Shown in pieces: positions 32,427-42,313 of a DNA stretch of 64,000 nucleotides. Position numbers and translations under genes: made by a program. The notes below the pieces were generated by a model. The model searched no databases. It worked only from the letters and a program-made list of their open reading frames with translations, and was not told the DNA's origin. The first letter of the stretch is position 1; every line of letters begins with the position of its first letter. Source of the stretch: Cyanobacteriota bacterium (GTDB lineage: Bacteria > Cyanobacteriota > Cyanobacteriia > Thermostichales > Thermostichaceae); contig JANRIL010000011.1 of NCBI GenBank assembly GCA_033764955.1, forward strand, positions 1-64,000. Direction: 5' to 3'.

Positions 32427-33005
32427 ATGAACTCGGTTTGTTTCACCACATCTCCCCTAGTGCGCTACGCGCTGCTGGCGTTTTATCTGGCGCTCACCCT
32501 GCCGTTGCCGTTTTTATTAGCCCAACAGAGGGGGTGGCTCTGGGTGAGTGGGTTAACGCTGGCGTTGGGGTTAGGTAGCTGGGTTGTGGTGGGCATCCTG
32601 GAGCAACGGGTGGAGATCGACCCAGACGGGATCCGCGTTTGTCATCCCCAGTGGATCGAGGCGGTGCAGCGACGCAACTGGCAGGTCAAGTGGTCGGAGG
32701 TACGACAGATCTCCTTTTCCTCCACCAGTCAGGGGGGCTTGGCCTATTATTTGCTAACCGAAAGCGGCGAGCGATGGCTGCTGCCTATGCGGGTCGGTCG
32801 ATTCCGTCATTTGTTGGGGTTGGTACAAACTTATACTGGACTGGATACTCAAAGCGTTTATCCTTATGTGCAGCCGTGGATGTACCTGATGGTGGCAGGG
32901 CTATCCGGTTTATTGCTGCTCTGGGATATTTTTTGGATCACGATGGTGGTGGTCAGCCACCCCCTTCCGCTTCTCGGTTTGGGATCCCCACCCCTGCTTG
33001 GATAA
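32427..33005 (+). CDS. Hypothetical membrane protein
   Basis: Three TM segments; SQGGLAYY motif. Confidence 0.65.
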   Translation: MNSVCFTTSPLVRYALLAFYLALTLPLPFLLAQQRGWLWVSGLTLALGLGSWVVVGILEQRVEIDPDGIRVCHPQWIEAVQRRNWQVKWSEVRQISFSSTSQGGLAYYLLTESGERWLLPMRVGRFRHLLGLVQTYTGLDTQSVYPYVQPWMYLMVAGLSGLLLLWDIFWITMVVVSHPLPLLGLGSPPLLG

Positions 33006-33010
33006 CTGGC

Positions 33011-33802
33011 ATGGATTTGCACGCTCTAGAAACCTATCGTTGCCCCAGACAGCTAAGTGAGGTGACCGCCTGGGATCCGACAACCCACTGGCTGGCGGGA
33101 GGTACCTGGCTGTTTTCCCAACCCCAGCCGCTGATCAAAGTTTTGGTGGATTTGCAGCACCTAGGCTGGTCAGGGATTGAAGTCATGGGGGAGGAAGTTT
33201 GGATTGGAGCCACTTGCCCACTGGCGAATCTGCTCACCTATCCCTGGCCTCCTGAATGGATTGGGGTGTCGGCACTCCAGGCAGCCGTCCGTTCCTTGGC
33301 CTCCTTCAAGGTCACCCGCTTGGCAACAGTGGGGGGCAATCTCTGCCTTGCTCTAACGGTCGGATCCCTAGCCCCCGTCATGATCGCTTGGCAGGCTCGC
33401 TATCAAATCCTCCACCCCAACGGAAATAGCCGATGGATCCCTGCCCTCAGCTTTCAAACCGGATCCCAGCAAACCCTCCTTGCCCCTGGCGAAGTGCTGC
33501 GGCGGGTGGCAATTCCCATCACCTCCCTCTCCTGTCCCAGCCAATTTCTGCGAATCAGCTTAGCGGCTACGGATCCCGCCGTGGTGATGGTGGTGGGATG
33601 TGCGACGGCAGAAACCTGGCGATTCGGTATGAATGCGGGGGTGGCGGTGCCGCAATCGATAGAAATCTCAGAACCCGTCCGCCATTGGGATCCGTTGCTG
33701 GATCCCTTGCCCTGGCTAGAAGACTTTCGGGCTAGTGCGGCCTACCGTCGTCACCTTACCCAGATGCTCCTCCAACAATGCCTAGACTCTCGACCTTCTT
33801 AA
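33011..33802 (+). CDS. FAD-binding subunit of xanthine dehydrogenase-family molybdoenzyme
   Basis: LAGGTWL, ATVGGNLC, ASAAYRRHL. Confidence 0.85.
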   Translation: MDLHALETYRCPRQLSEVTAWDPTTHWLAGGTWLFSQPQPLIKVLVDLQHLGWSGIEVMGEEVWIGATCPLANLLTYPWPPEWIGVSALQAAVRSLASFKVTRLATVGGNLCLALTVGSLAPVMIAWQARYQILHPNGNSRWIPALSFQTGSQQTLLAPGEVLRRVAIPITSLSCPSQFLRISLAATDPAVVMVVGCATAETWRFGMNAGVAVPQSIEISEPVRHWDPLLDPLPWLEDFRASAAYRRHLTQMLLQQCLDSRPS

Positions 33803-33915
33803 GCGGGTCAGCGATATCCTGCGGGCAACCACTACTCTTGTCAGGGCTTCTGAATCCTTGGCCAGGTTGCACCAGCATCCCTAGCTCTGATGGATATGGA
33901 TCCCGGCTCAGCCAT

Positions 33916-34887
33916 CTAGTGTCGTTGGGAAGCTGGTAGCTTCACCTGATCCGCCAACCCCAGATTTTGTAAGAGCCAGATTACTCCATAGGTGGGATCC
34001 ACCTGCCACCAAGTCAGACCAATACGAGCAGAATGGGGATAGGTGTGGTGATTGCTGTGCCATCCTTCCCCGTAGGTGAGCCAAGCCACCCACCAGAGAT
34101 TGCGAGCGTGGTGGCGATCATCAGGGATCCACTGCCGTCCCCAGAGGTGAGTAGCGGAGAGATTGAGCCAGGTGACATGCCAGCCCACCACCAGTCGCAC
34201 AAACACACCGTAGACAACCCACGACCAGCCTCCCCCCCAAAACAGCAGGATACCCAACAGCAGTTGCAACGCCAGAAATCGCCGATCCAAAAACCGATAA
34301 ACGGGATCCTTGAGCAAGTCGGCGGCATAACGCTGGTTGATCTGCTGCTGTTGCTCCGGCGGATAGACATAGAGCAACCAGAGGAGATGCCCCCACCAAA
34401 ATCCCCGCTGCCAGGGGCTATGGGGATCCTGCTCTTGATCGGAAAAAGCGTGGTGGCGGCGGTGAGTGGCGGTTACAAAGATGGGTCCCCGTTGCGCTGC
34501 TAAAGCCCCGCAGACGGCCAACATATATTCCAAAAACTTAGGAACCCGCAGGCTGCGATGGCTCAGCAAGCGATGGTATCCCAAAGAAATCCCCAAACTA
34601 ATAGTGAGGAAATTAAGCACCACAGCCACCAGCAAACCTGACCAGGAAAAGTAGCGGATCCCCCCCAGCAGAGCAACTATGTGAACTGCCGCCATAAACA
34701 GGGTGGTCGGCCAGCTCAAGACAAGGGATCCCTCACCTGCCAGTGTCTCTGGTCTACTCTCCTGCCAAGATGGAACCGGATCCGCCTGTGTTTCTTGCCC
34801 AATAAAAGTCATATGCTCCTCCGAGATGGTTTGTTGGGGGCTGAACTGTCTTTTCGGTGTAGGGGAAGTACCGCTTTCAAGCTCCAC
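33916..34887 (-). CDS. Delta-9-type acyl-lipid desaturase paralog (divergent)
   Basis: His boxes HRLLSH, HRRHH, HSNHH. Confidence 0.88.
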   Translation of the reverse strand: MELESGTSPTPKRQFSPQQTISEEHMTFIGQETQADPVPSWQESRPETLAGEGSLVLSWPTTLFMAAVHIVALLGGIRYFSWSGLLVAVVLNFLTISLGISLGYHRLLSHRSLRVPKFLEYMLAVCGALAAQRGPIFVTATHRRHHAFSDQEQDPHSPWQRGFWWGHLLWLLYVYPPEQQQQINQRYAADLLKDPVYRFLDRRFLALQLLLGILLFWGGGWSWVVYGVFVRLVVGWHVTWLNLSATHLWGRQWIPDDRHHARNLWWVAWLTYGEGWHSNHHTYPHSARIGLTWWQVDPTYGVIWLLQNLGLADQVKLPASQRH

Positions 34888-35761
34888 TCAGGCGCTCGCG
34901 GCGATAGACTTTGTTGGCAACCCCCAGTTTTTCTAGTGACCAGATCACCCACCAAGAGGGATCAATCTGCCACCAAGTCAATCCAGCTTGGGCGCGACGG
35001 GGGTTGTGGTGGTGATTGTTGTGCCAGCCTTCCCCAAAGGTGAGGAGCGCGACCCAAAAATTGTTATGGGCGGTATCGGCAATCGTGTAGGGACGGGTTC
35101 CCCAGCGATGGGCGGCGGAATTGACCAACCAGGTGGTGTGCCACGTCCAAACCGTTCTGACAAAAATACCGTAGATCACCCATGACCAGCCTCCCAACAC
35201 ATACAGTCCCAATCCCAAAATCACTTGCAACAGGTTTTGCCGCCGATTCAAAAAGCGGTAGAAGGGATCCCGATCCAAGTCAGGAGCAAATTTCCGATAA
35301 AGCTCATACTCATGATGCTCAAGTTTGCGGAAAAAGATCCAGTTCATATGCGCCCACCAAAAACCTCCCTTAATGTTGTAGGGATCCTTTTCAGTATCAC
35401 AAAAGGCATGATGCATCCGATGGTTGGCCACCCAAAAAATAGGGCCATTTTGCATAGCCAGCGTTCCCATTAAAGCCATAAAGTATTCCAGCCATTTCGG
35501 AACTCGAAAGCTCCGGTGACTCAACAGACGATGAAAACACACCACAATCCCAACACAACCAAATAGCCAATGCAAAAACCCCACCAATAAAACACCCGTC
35601 CAGGAAAAATAATAAATTCCCCCGATCACAGCAATCAGATGAATTAGCGCCGCACCGATCAGACGGATCCAGTCAGGTAAGCGGGCAGAAACAGTGGATC
35701 CCGTGGCATCATTTTGCACAGGACGAAATGGTATCTCTGCGGGAACTGAAGTAGCTATCAT
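34877..35761 (-). CDS. desC: Delta-9-type acyl-lipid desaturase
   Basis: HRLLSH, HRMHH, NSAAH, GEGWHNNHH; AGGAGG RBS. Confidence 0.88.
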   Translation of the reverse strand: MIATSVPAEIPFRPVQNDATGSTVSARLPDWIRLIGAALIHLIAVIGGIYYFSWTGVLLVGFLHWLFGCVGIVVCFHRLLSHRSFRVPKWLEYFMALMGTLAMQNGPIFWVANHRMHHAFCDTEKDPYNIKGGFWWAHMNWIFFRKLEHHEYELYRKFAPDLDRDPFYRFLNRRQNLLQVILGLGLYVLGGWSWVIYGIFVRTVWTWHTTWLVNSAAHRWGTRPYTIADTAHNNFWVALLTFGEGWHNNHHHNPRRAQAGLTWWQIDPSWWVIWSLEKLGVANKVYRRERLSGA

Positions 35762-36032
35762 CACAAACCTCCTAAAAATGAATGCACCCAACCGGAGAAA
35801 AAGGCAACTCAAGCCCTCATCCTCAATAGGTAACTTCCAGAGAGCATAGTGGAATTTTGATCGAGGGTTTGTGATTGAGATAGGTTATGAATGTGACTCA
35901 ACTCAGAAGCCTACTCATATCAATCCCTATTTGGTCAACAGCAATAACGATCTATCTTCAACAAACTCCTGGCCGAGCTGCGCTAAGCTGCTAAAGGGAT
36001 CTATTTCTTGTAGCCTAGGCCCTAAGCTAGCG

Positions 36033-36512
36033 ATGCCGATTACCCTGAGCCTTTCGGCGGAAGCCATCCAAACCCTTGATCTATCCCCCGGACATCGCCT
36101 GGTGGAGACTCTGTTGCGGGATCCGCAGACGGCAGCTCAGCAGGTGCAATGCGTGATTGATTATCCTCGCGCCCTAGATGACCCACGGGAATTGCCGGAG
36201 ATTCCTGAGGTTCGCCTCTGGTTTATCCGCTTTGATACAGCCTATCCGTGGATGCCCTATTTTTTGAATTGGCGGCAGGGGGAGTTGGCTCGCTATGCAG
36301 CGATGTTGGTGCCCCATCAATTTAGCGCCAAAGAAGGGATCCTCTATCATCCCGAAGCCCTGGAAATTTTCGTCTACCAAAAGATTTTTGTGTTGGCTGG
36401 TTGGATGAAAACTCAAAAAATTGGGGGCATTGCTGATTTACGGAATATGGCGCTGATTTTTGGTTTTGAAATTCATGATGACTTTTTAGCCCTATGGGAG
36501 CAACCGTTTTGA
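36033..36512 (+). CDS. CRR6-family NDH-1 assembly factor (DUF1817)
   Basis: DPRELPEIPEVRLWFIRFD, RYAAMLVPHQF. Confidence 0.88.
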   Translation: MPITLSLSAEAIQTLDLSPGHRLVETLLRDPQTAAQQVQCVIDYPRALDDPRELPEIPEVRLWFIRFDTAYPWMPYFLNWRQGELARYAAMLVPHQFSAKEGILYHPEALEIFVYQKIFVLAGWMKTQKIGGIADLRNMALIFGFEIHDDFLALWEQPF

Positions 36513-37084
36513 AAGGGTGTTTGATCGCCGGAACTTGGGATCCCGATGGAGGATCCACCGCCCAGTGGTTGGCACGAGGAATGCAGGCTTATTGGCAACA
36601 CTTTCGCCCTCCGCAGGCTCTTCACATTCTCACGATTCCAGCACGGGGGGGAGATTGGGCGACTCTCTGGCAAACCTACAGCCAACAGGTGTCAGGTGGG
36701 GCGGATCCCGTCCTGTTACTCTACCCTGGCAGCTTGGGGGATGGCCTGACCCCCCACACCACAGTGGCGGATTTGGCGCGGGACTGGCGCTCTCCGCTGA
36801 TTTTGACCCTCCCACTTGGCCGCCAGATGGTTAGCCAAGCTGTGGCTTTCGCTGCTCTGGTTCGCCATAGCCAAGCTCATCTAGTCGGGTTTGTGGTGTT
36901 TGAGGTGGAGGAGACGCCCTTTGAGGAAGCTATGGATCTAGAGAAAATGGCCAGCCAAGTGGAAACCCTCACCCAAACGCCCCTGTTGGGGTGTCTGCGG
37001 ATCCCCCATCTGGCTGAGGGAGCCGTCGCCAATGCCGATCTGGCTAGATGGGCGACTGACTTGAATTGGGAGCGATTGGGCTAA
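36509..37084 (+). CDS. Degenerate dethiobiotin synthase (BioD)-like protein
   Basis: AYWQ, TVADLARDW, SQAVA and PLLGCL resemble cyanobacterial BioD; the P-loop GKT reads GST and the protein is short. Confidence 0.6.
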   Translation: MKGCLIAGTWDPDGGSTAQWLARGMQAYWQHFRPPQALHILTIPARGGDWATLWQTYSQQVSGGADPVLLLYPGSLGDGLTPHTTVADLARDWRSPLILTLPLGRQMVSQAVAFAALVRHSQAHLVGFVVFEVEETPFEEAMDLEKMASQVETLTQTPLLGCLRIPHLAEGAVANADLARWATDLNWERLG

Positions 37085-37088
37085 ACCG

Positions 37089-37745
37089 ATGGCAGGACGT
37101 TCTTGGGTGCAACAACTGCCTTTGCTGGTGGGCATTTTGGGGGCAGGGTTGTTGATGGGGAACCGCCTCTGGTTTACCCCAGAATTGCTGTTGAGCCAGT
37201 CCCGTTCTGATGCCTTGGGGATTGTTTTAAGTGCCCTCCTCATTTTGACTGGGTTGTTGTGGCAGCAGATTCAACCTGCCGATCCCGAGTCTGTGGGGTT
37301 AACCGGAGAACCTCGCCTGTGGCTCAGCCCTACCCTCACCCCCGATCAGCAGCTAGAAATAGGTTGGATCACGCAATCCCTGCTCAAGGCCACTGCTACT
37401 CGCAGTCTGGCGATTTGGTGGCAGGGATCCCTGATTGTCGAACGGGGGATTTTCCCGGCAAAAAGCGAGGGGGGGGACTGGCAACCGGGAACGATTGGGC
37501 AACGGGTTCTATCTACAGGGCGGTCGGTTTACCTGGTCGATCTGAAATTGTTTCCAGGTCGCCGCGAATTTATCCCGCTCTTCCCCGACAATATTCAAGC
37601 CTTACTTTGTCAACCGCTTGAGCAGCAAGGGATTTTGTTATTAGCCACTGACACTCCCCGCGCCCTCACCCCCCGCGATCAGGTGTGGATTGAATTGTTC
37701 GCTGAGAAACTCACCTATCTCTTGCAGACAAACAGGAAGCATTAG
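37089..37745 (+). CDS. Cofactor assembly of complex C subunit B (CCB2/CCB4-like)
   Basis: SQSRSDALG, YLVDLKLFPGR, CQPL; two N-terminal TMs. Confidence 0.8.
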   Translation: MAGRSWVQQLPLLVGILGAGLLMGNRLWFTPELLLSQSRSDALGIVLSALLILTGLLWQQIQPADPESVGLTGEPRLWLSPTLTPDQQLEIGWITQSLLKATATRSLAIWWQGSLIVERGIFPAKSEGGDWQPGTIGQRVLSTGRSVYLVDLKLFPGRREFIPLFPDNIQALLCQPLEQQGILLLATDTPRALTPRDQVWIELFAEKLTYLLQTNRKH

Positions 37746-37936
37746 GGATCCCAGAGCCGAAACCACCAACATGTCAGACCAGCAACAAATAGATCCGTAA
37801 GGATGCTCAGACGGCAACCAACTACTAGGGATGCCCTTACCAAATCGACCGATAGCAAAATCAACAGGGATCAGGTGCCAATGGCAGGCCAAAAATGTTT
37901 AAGATATATCACTAACCTATTTTGAGATGGAATCTT

Positions 37937-38842
37937 GTGGTTGCCAACTATCCTTTTTCGGAAGCCTGTGATCCCTTAAGTCGTGCCCAAATTTTGAGCG
38001 AGGCATTACCCTACATTCAACAGTTTCGCGGACGCACGATTGTCATTAAATATGGCGGGGCGGCGATGGTGCACCAAGATCGGCGGGCGGAAGTGTTGCG
38101 GGATTTGGTCTTTCTCTCCTGCGTAGGGATCCATCCGGTTTTGGTGCATGGGGGTGGGCCTGAGATCAACAGTTGGCTACAAAAGTTGGATATCCCCTTC
38201 AAGTTTGTGGATGGGCTGCGAGTCACTGATGCCGCCACAATGGAGGTGGTAGAAATGGTGCTGGTGGGCAAAGTCAACAAGCAGATTGTTCAGTTAATTA
38301 ACCTAGCGGGGGGATCCGCCGTCGGGCTGTGTGGACGGGATGGCAACTTAATTGTTGCTCGTTCGCAGGGGAGAGCCGACATTGGTTTTGTCGGAGAAGT
38401 CAGTAGTATCAACCCTGCCCTCCTGCAAACCCTAATTGCGGGTGGACATATTCCTGTTATTTCCAGTGTGGCAGCGGATGATGCGGGTCAGTCCTACAAC
38501 ATCAACGCTGATACCGTTGCAGGAGAACTAGCGGCAGCTCTGGGAGCGGAAAAATTGGTGCTGCTGACCGATACCGCAGGCATTCTGCGGGATCCCAAGG
38601 ATGCCAGCACTTTGGTTAATCTTCTGGATATCGAAACCGCCCGTCGCCTGATTGAGGAGGGGGTTGTTAAAGGGGGGATGATCCCCAAAGTGCAATGCTG
38701 CATTCGTGCCCTTGCTCAAGGGGTGAAAGCTGCCCACATTATCGATGGCGGTGCTCCCCATACCCTGTTGTTAGAAATTTTGACGGATGAAGGAGTGGGA
38801 TCCAAGCTGATTCCTTCGCAGTTTTCTCATGCGCTTAGCTGA
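37937..38842 (+). CDS. argB: Acetylglutamate kinase
   Basis: [35 protein letters not shown]. Confidence 0.97.
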   Translation: MVANYPFSEACDPLSRAQILSEALPYIQQFRGRTIVIKYGGAAMVHQDRRAEVLRDLVFLSCVGIHPVLVHGGGPEINSWLQKLDIPFKFVDGLRVTDAATMEVVEMVLVGKVNKQIVQLINLAGGSAVGLCGRDGNLIVARSQGRADIGFVGEVSSINPALLQTLIAGGHIPVISSVAADDAGQSYNINADTVAGELAAALGAEKLVLLTDTAGILRDPKDASTLVNLLDIETARRLIEEGVVKGGMIPKVQCCIRALAQGVKAAHIIDGGAPHTLLLEILTDEGVGSKLIPSQFSHALS

Positions 38843-39146
38843 CACAGCCCTTTCCAGCCTGAGTGGATAGGATAAACCCTTTTCAGGGTGGGGCTTTGGC
38901 TATTTCCTTGTGTGTCTTCCCTGCAAAGTGCTGTAAGTCTGGTCTGGAACTAAGCAGCTCACCCAATAAAATAATCACAGGGGAAGCGGCCAATTCAAGT
39001 CAAGGTTAAGGGTAGTTCTATGGAAGTAATGGGGCATTCTAGTGATTCAAGAAATTGAAGATCATGCCAATAGGGTTCGCTAGTTTTTCGGAAAAGGATA
39101 GAGTTTTTCTGACTAGTTTTCCGATCGGGAGTCTAAGCAAATTCCT

Positions 39147-40235
39147 TCAACTCGCTCCCACCAAAACAGGTTGAGGGGCTTCAGGTGTTGGGGAGGGTTC
39201 TTGCTGAAGTTGTCGGATCATCTCAGGCACTACTTGATAGAGATCCCCAACAATTCCGTAGTGGGCGAACTTAAAGATGGGAGCCGCGCTGTCTTTATTG
39301 ATGGCAATAATCAAGGCAGACTTATCCATGCCAACACGGTGCTGAATGGCTCCCGAAATGCCGCAGGCAATATAGATGCGCGGACGAACGGTTTTTCCGG
39401 TTTGCCCCACTTGATGAGCATAGGGGATCCAGCCGGAATCCACGGCTTTCCGCGAGGATCCCACGGCACTGTTGGGGAAGCAGGCGGCCAGATCGTGCAT
39501 CAAGGCAAATCCTTCCGGGGATCCCAAGCCATAGCCCCCCGACACAATCACCTCCGCTTTGCTCAGCTCGATGGATTGGGTGAGGGAACGGATCGTTTCC
39601 ACAATCTGGAGGGTGAGATCCTCTGGGTGGAAGTGAACCGGAATAGCAATGACGGAACCACGGCGGGAGGCATCAAAGGGCAGAGGAATCATCACGCCGG
39701 GACGCACGGTTGCCATCTGGGGATTTTTCCAGGGGCCGAGGATGCGCGCCTTCAGGGACTCGCCAAAACTAGGACGGATGGCATAGAGACAGTCGGGGAA
39801 CAGTCCAGATTTACTGGGATCCTTGCTGTTGCTGTATTCAAAGGAGCCAATATCGAGATCAGTGCAGTCGGCGGTCAGCCCCGTTTCCAGATAGGCGGCC
39901 AAGCGGGGGGCTAAATCCCGTCCGGTGGTGGTGGATCCCAACAAAATGGTGTGGGGTGGCTGGGCAAACGACTGAATGAGATCCGTCAAGACCCGTCGAT
40001 AGGGAAGGGTGCGATAGGTGGTGAGTTCGGGGTGATCCGCCATAAAAACTTGATCGGCTCCGTACCCAATCAGGGTTGGTGCCAGATGCTCGATTTGGGA
40101 TCCCAAGACAACTGCAGTCAAGCTAGCTCCCAACTTATCCGCTAGCAACCGACCTGCCCCCAACAACTCATAGGCAATCGGCTGGATTTCTCCCTCCACT
40201 TGCTCAGCAAAGACTAAAATCTGTTTCTCAGTCAT
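39147..40235 (-). CDS. etfA: Electron transfer flavoprotein alpha subunit (FixB-like)
   Basis: GLTADCT, PQMATVRPG, QVGQTGKTVRP, GISGAIQHRVGM. Confidence 0.95.
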   Translation of the reverse strand: MTEKQILVFAEQVEGEIQPIAYELLGAGRLLADKLGASLTAVVLGSQIEHLAPTLIGYGADQVFMADHPELTTYRTLPYRRVLTDLIQSFAQPPHTILLGSTTTGRDLAPRLAAYLETGLTADCTDLDIGSFEYSNSKDPSKSGLFPDCLYAIRPSFGESLKARILGPWKNPQMATVRPGVMIPLPFDASRRGSVIAIPVHFHPEDLTLQIVETIRSLTQSIELSKAEVIVSGGYGLGSPEGFALMHDLAACFPNSAVGSSRKAVDSGWIPYAHQVGQTGKTVRPRIYIACGISGAIQHRVGMDKSALIIAINKDSAAPIFKFAHYGIVGDLYQVVPEMIRQLQQEPSPTPEAPQPVLVGAS

Positions 40236-41053
40236 AGCCTCACCATCTCCCGTAAGCCCACCTGCTGAACCATGTCTTGCACCAAAAACTCGACGGGCTT
40301 CCCCTGCAACACCTGACAATTACCGCCGATTTCCCCCACCTTCTCGGTAGCAGCCACAATGGTTGGGGATCCCTTCAACCCACAGCGATCGGGATCCGCC
40401 CCCACATCGTCTAGGTTGATGATTTGGATGACCTGATGGCGTGCCTGCTCGTCCCGTTGCAGATGCTGCACCAATTGGCACCCCCGCAGCGTTTGATAGG
40501 CCAGACGAGGGGCGGAATTAGCCACCGTCACCAAGGCGGGCAACGGGCAGACCACCGTTTGGGATCCCCCTTCGATAGCCCGTCGCGCCACGATCTGTTG
40601 ATCCCGCCATTCAAAGGCTTCGCAGTAAGTAATCTGGGGAATTTGTAAGCGTTCAGCCAGCTGTGGCCCCACTTGGGCGGTATCGCCATCTGTCGTTTGC
40701 AATCCACAAAAGATCAGGTCAAAAGCGCCGGCAAACTGAACGGTTTTGTAGAGGGTATAGGCCGTCGCCAGGGTGTCGGAGGCGGCCAACCGACGATCTG
40801 TCATCAAAATAGCCCGATCCGCCCCGTGGGCAATCGCTTCATACAAAATCTCGATGGCCGGAGGAGGTCCCATCGTAATTGCCGTAACCGTCGCTCCGTA
40901 AAGCCGCTTGGTTTGGAGAGCTGCTTCCAGGGCATAGCGATCAAAAGGATTGAGCATCCGCTTGGCTTTGGCGCGATCGATGGTGCCATCAGCATTGATG
41001 CCGGCTTTCGACCCTTGATCGGGAACCTGTTTGATTAGCACAAAACTGTTCAA
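40232..41053 (-). CDS. etfB: Electron transfer flavoprotein beta subunit (FixA-like)
   Basis: IKQVPD, NPFD, SDTLATA, DGDTAQVGP, GLKGSPT; ATGA overlap with etfA. Confidence 0.95.
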   Translation of the reverse strand: MNSFVLIKQVPDQGSKAGINADGTIDRAKAKRMLNPFDRYALEAALQTKRLYGATVTAITMGPPPAIEILYEAIAHGADRAILMTDRRLAASDTLATAYTLYKTVQFAGAFDLIFCGLQTTDGDTAQVGPQLAERLQIPQITYCEAFEWRDQQIVARRAIEGGSQTVVCPLPALVTVANSAPRLAYQTLRGCQLVQHLQRDEQARHQVIQIINLDDVGADPDRCGLKGSPTIVAATEKVGEIGGNCQVLQGKPVEFLVQDMVQQVGLREMVRL

Positions 41054-41179
41054 GGCAGCCGTAAAACCCCCCTGCGAGTAGCATTGCTTTAGGCTAAAAG
41101 GGATCCCTGATGAGGCAGGAGATCTTTACCATGTCTATAGATTTGCTAGGGTTGTGGGCAAACAGGGATCCCCCCCTGT

Positions 41180-42313
41180 TCAAGGGAGCGCGGTGAACCA
41201 TTGCCGGAGGGCTTCCACAATCCGCTGACTGGCTTGTCCATCTCCAAAGGGATTTTCAGCATGAGCCATCTGGGCATAGGCTACTGGATTTCCCAATAAC
41301 TCCGCCGCTGCCGCCACAATCCCATCGGGATCCGTTCCCACCAGGCGAGCCGTGCCTGCCGCCACCGCCTCCGGACGCTCGGTGGTTTGGCGCAACACCA
41401 AGACCGGTTTTCCTAGGGCAGGGGCTTCCTCTTGAATGCCTCCCGAATCACTCAAAATCAGCGTGCAGTGCTGCATCGCTGCCACCCAGAGATGATAATC
41501 CAACGGCTCACTTAAAAAGACGCGGGGATGGGATCCCAAGCTGGTCTGCAAGGGTTGGCGCACAATGGCATTGCGGTGCAGGGGTAACAGCAGCGCCGTA
41601 TCGGGGAACTGCTCCAAGATTCGCAACAGCGCCTTGGCAATATCCTGAATCGGGGATCCCCAATTTTCGCGGCGATGCACTGTTACCAACAGAACCCGCT
41701 GCTTCCCCCAGTCCAGTTCGGGGATGGGACAGGGGATGCCTTTTTGAGCTACCTGCATCAGGGCATCGATCACCGTATTGCCCGTCTTGATAATCTGACC
41801 CACTACATCACTCCGGCTGAGATTCGTGACTGCCTCCTGGGTTGGGGCAAAATGCAGACTAGCCAGTTGAGAAATCAGACGGCGATTGGCCTCTTCGGGA
41901 TACGGATTAAACAGATCATGGGTACGCAAACCCGCCTCCACATGCGCCACGGCAATTTTTTGATAAAACGCGGCCAATGTGGCGGCAAAAGCTGTTGTGG
42001 TATCCCCCTGCACCATCACCAGATGCGGTTGAGCCTCCAGAAAATAGGTTTCCAATCCCCGTAAACTGCGCTCGGTGATATCCGTGAGGGTTTGTCCCGC
42101 CTGCATGATGTTGAGATCCCGATCGGCGCAGATGCCAAACAAGGCCATCACCTGATCCACCATCTCGCGGTGTTGTCCCGTCAAAACCACCTCGACCCGC
42201 CAGTCCGTCACCGCCTGAAGCGCCAGAATGACCGGAGCCAACTTGATGGCCTCAGGCCGTGTGCCCAAGATCACTGTGATGTGTGGGATAAAACGGAGTG
42301 GAGGGATCCCCAT
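41180..42313 (-). CDS. wecB: UDP-N-acetylglucosamine 2-epimerase (non-hydrolysing)
   Basis: GTRPEAIK, QGDTTT, HVEAGLRT, DSGGIQEEAP. Confidence 0.96.
   Translation of the reverse strand: MGIPPLRFIPHITVILGTRPEAIKLAPVILALQAVTDWRVEVVLTGQHREMVDQVMALFGICADRDLNIMQAGQTLTDITERSLRGLETYFLEAQPHLVMVQGDTTTAFAATLAAFYQKIAVAHVEAGLRTHDLFNPYPEEANRRLISQLASLHFAPTQEAVTNLSRSDVVGQIIKTGNTVIDALMQVAQKGIPCPIPELDWGKQRVLLVTVHRRENWGSPIQDIAKALLRILEQFPDTALLLPLHRNAIVRQPLQTSLGSHPRVFLSEPLDYHLWVAAMQHCTLILSDSGGIQEEAPALGKPVLVLRQTTERPEAVAAGTARLVGTDPDGIVAAAAELLGNPVAYAQMAHAENPFGDGQASQRIVEALRQWFTALP

Noticed and set aside
32639..33010. N-terminal extension of the FAD subunit ORF
   Set aside because: Overlaps the upstream membrane protein gene; homology starts at MDLH (33011)
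39171..39914. 247-aa plus-strand ORF
   Set aside because: Antisense shadow of etfA with no recognisable motifs
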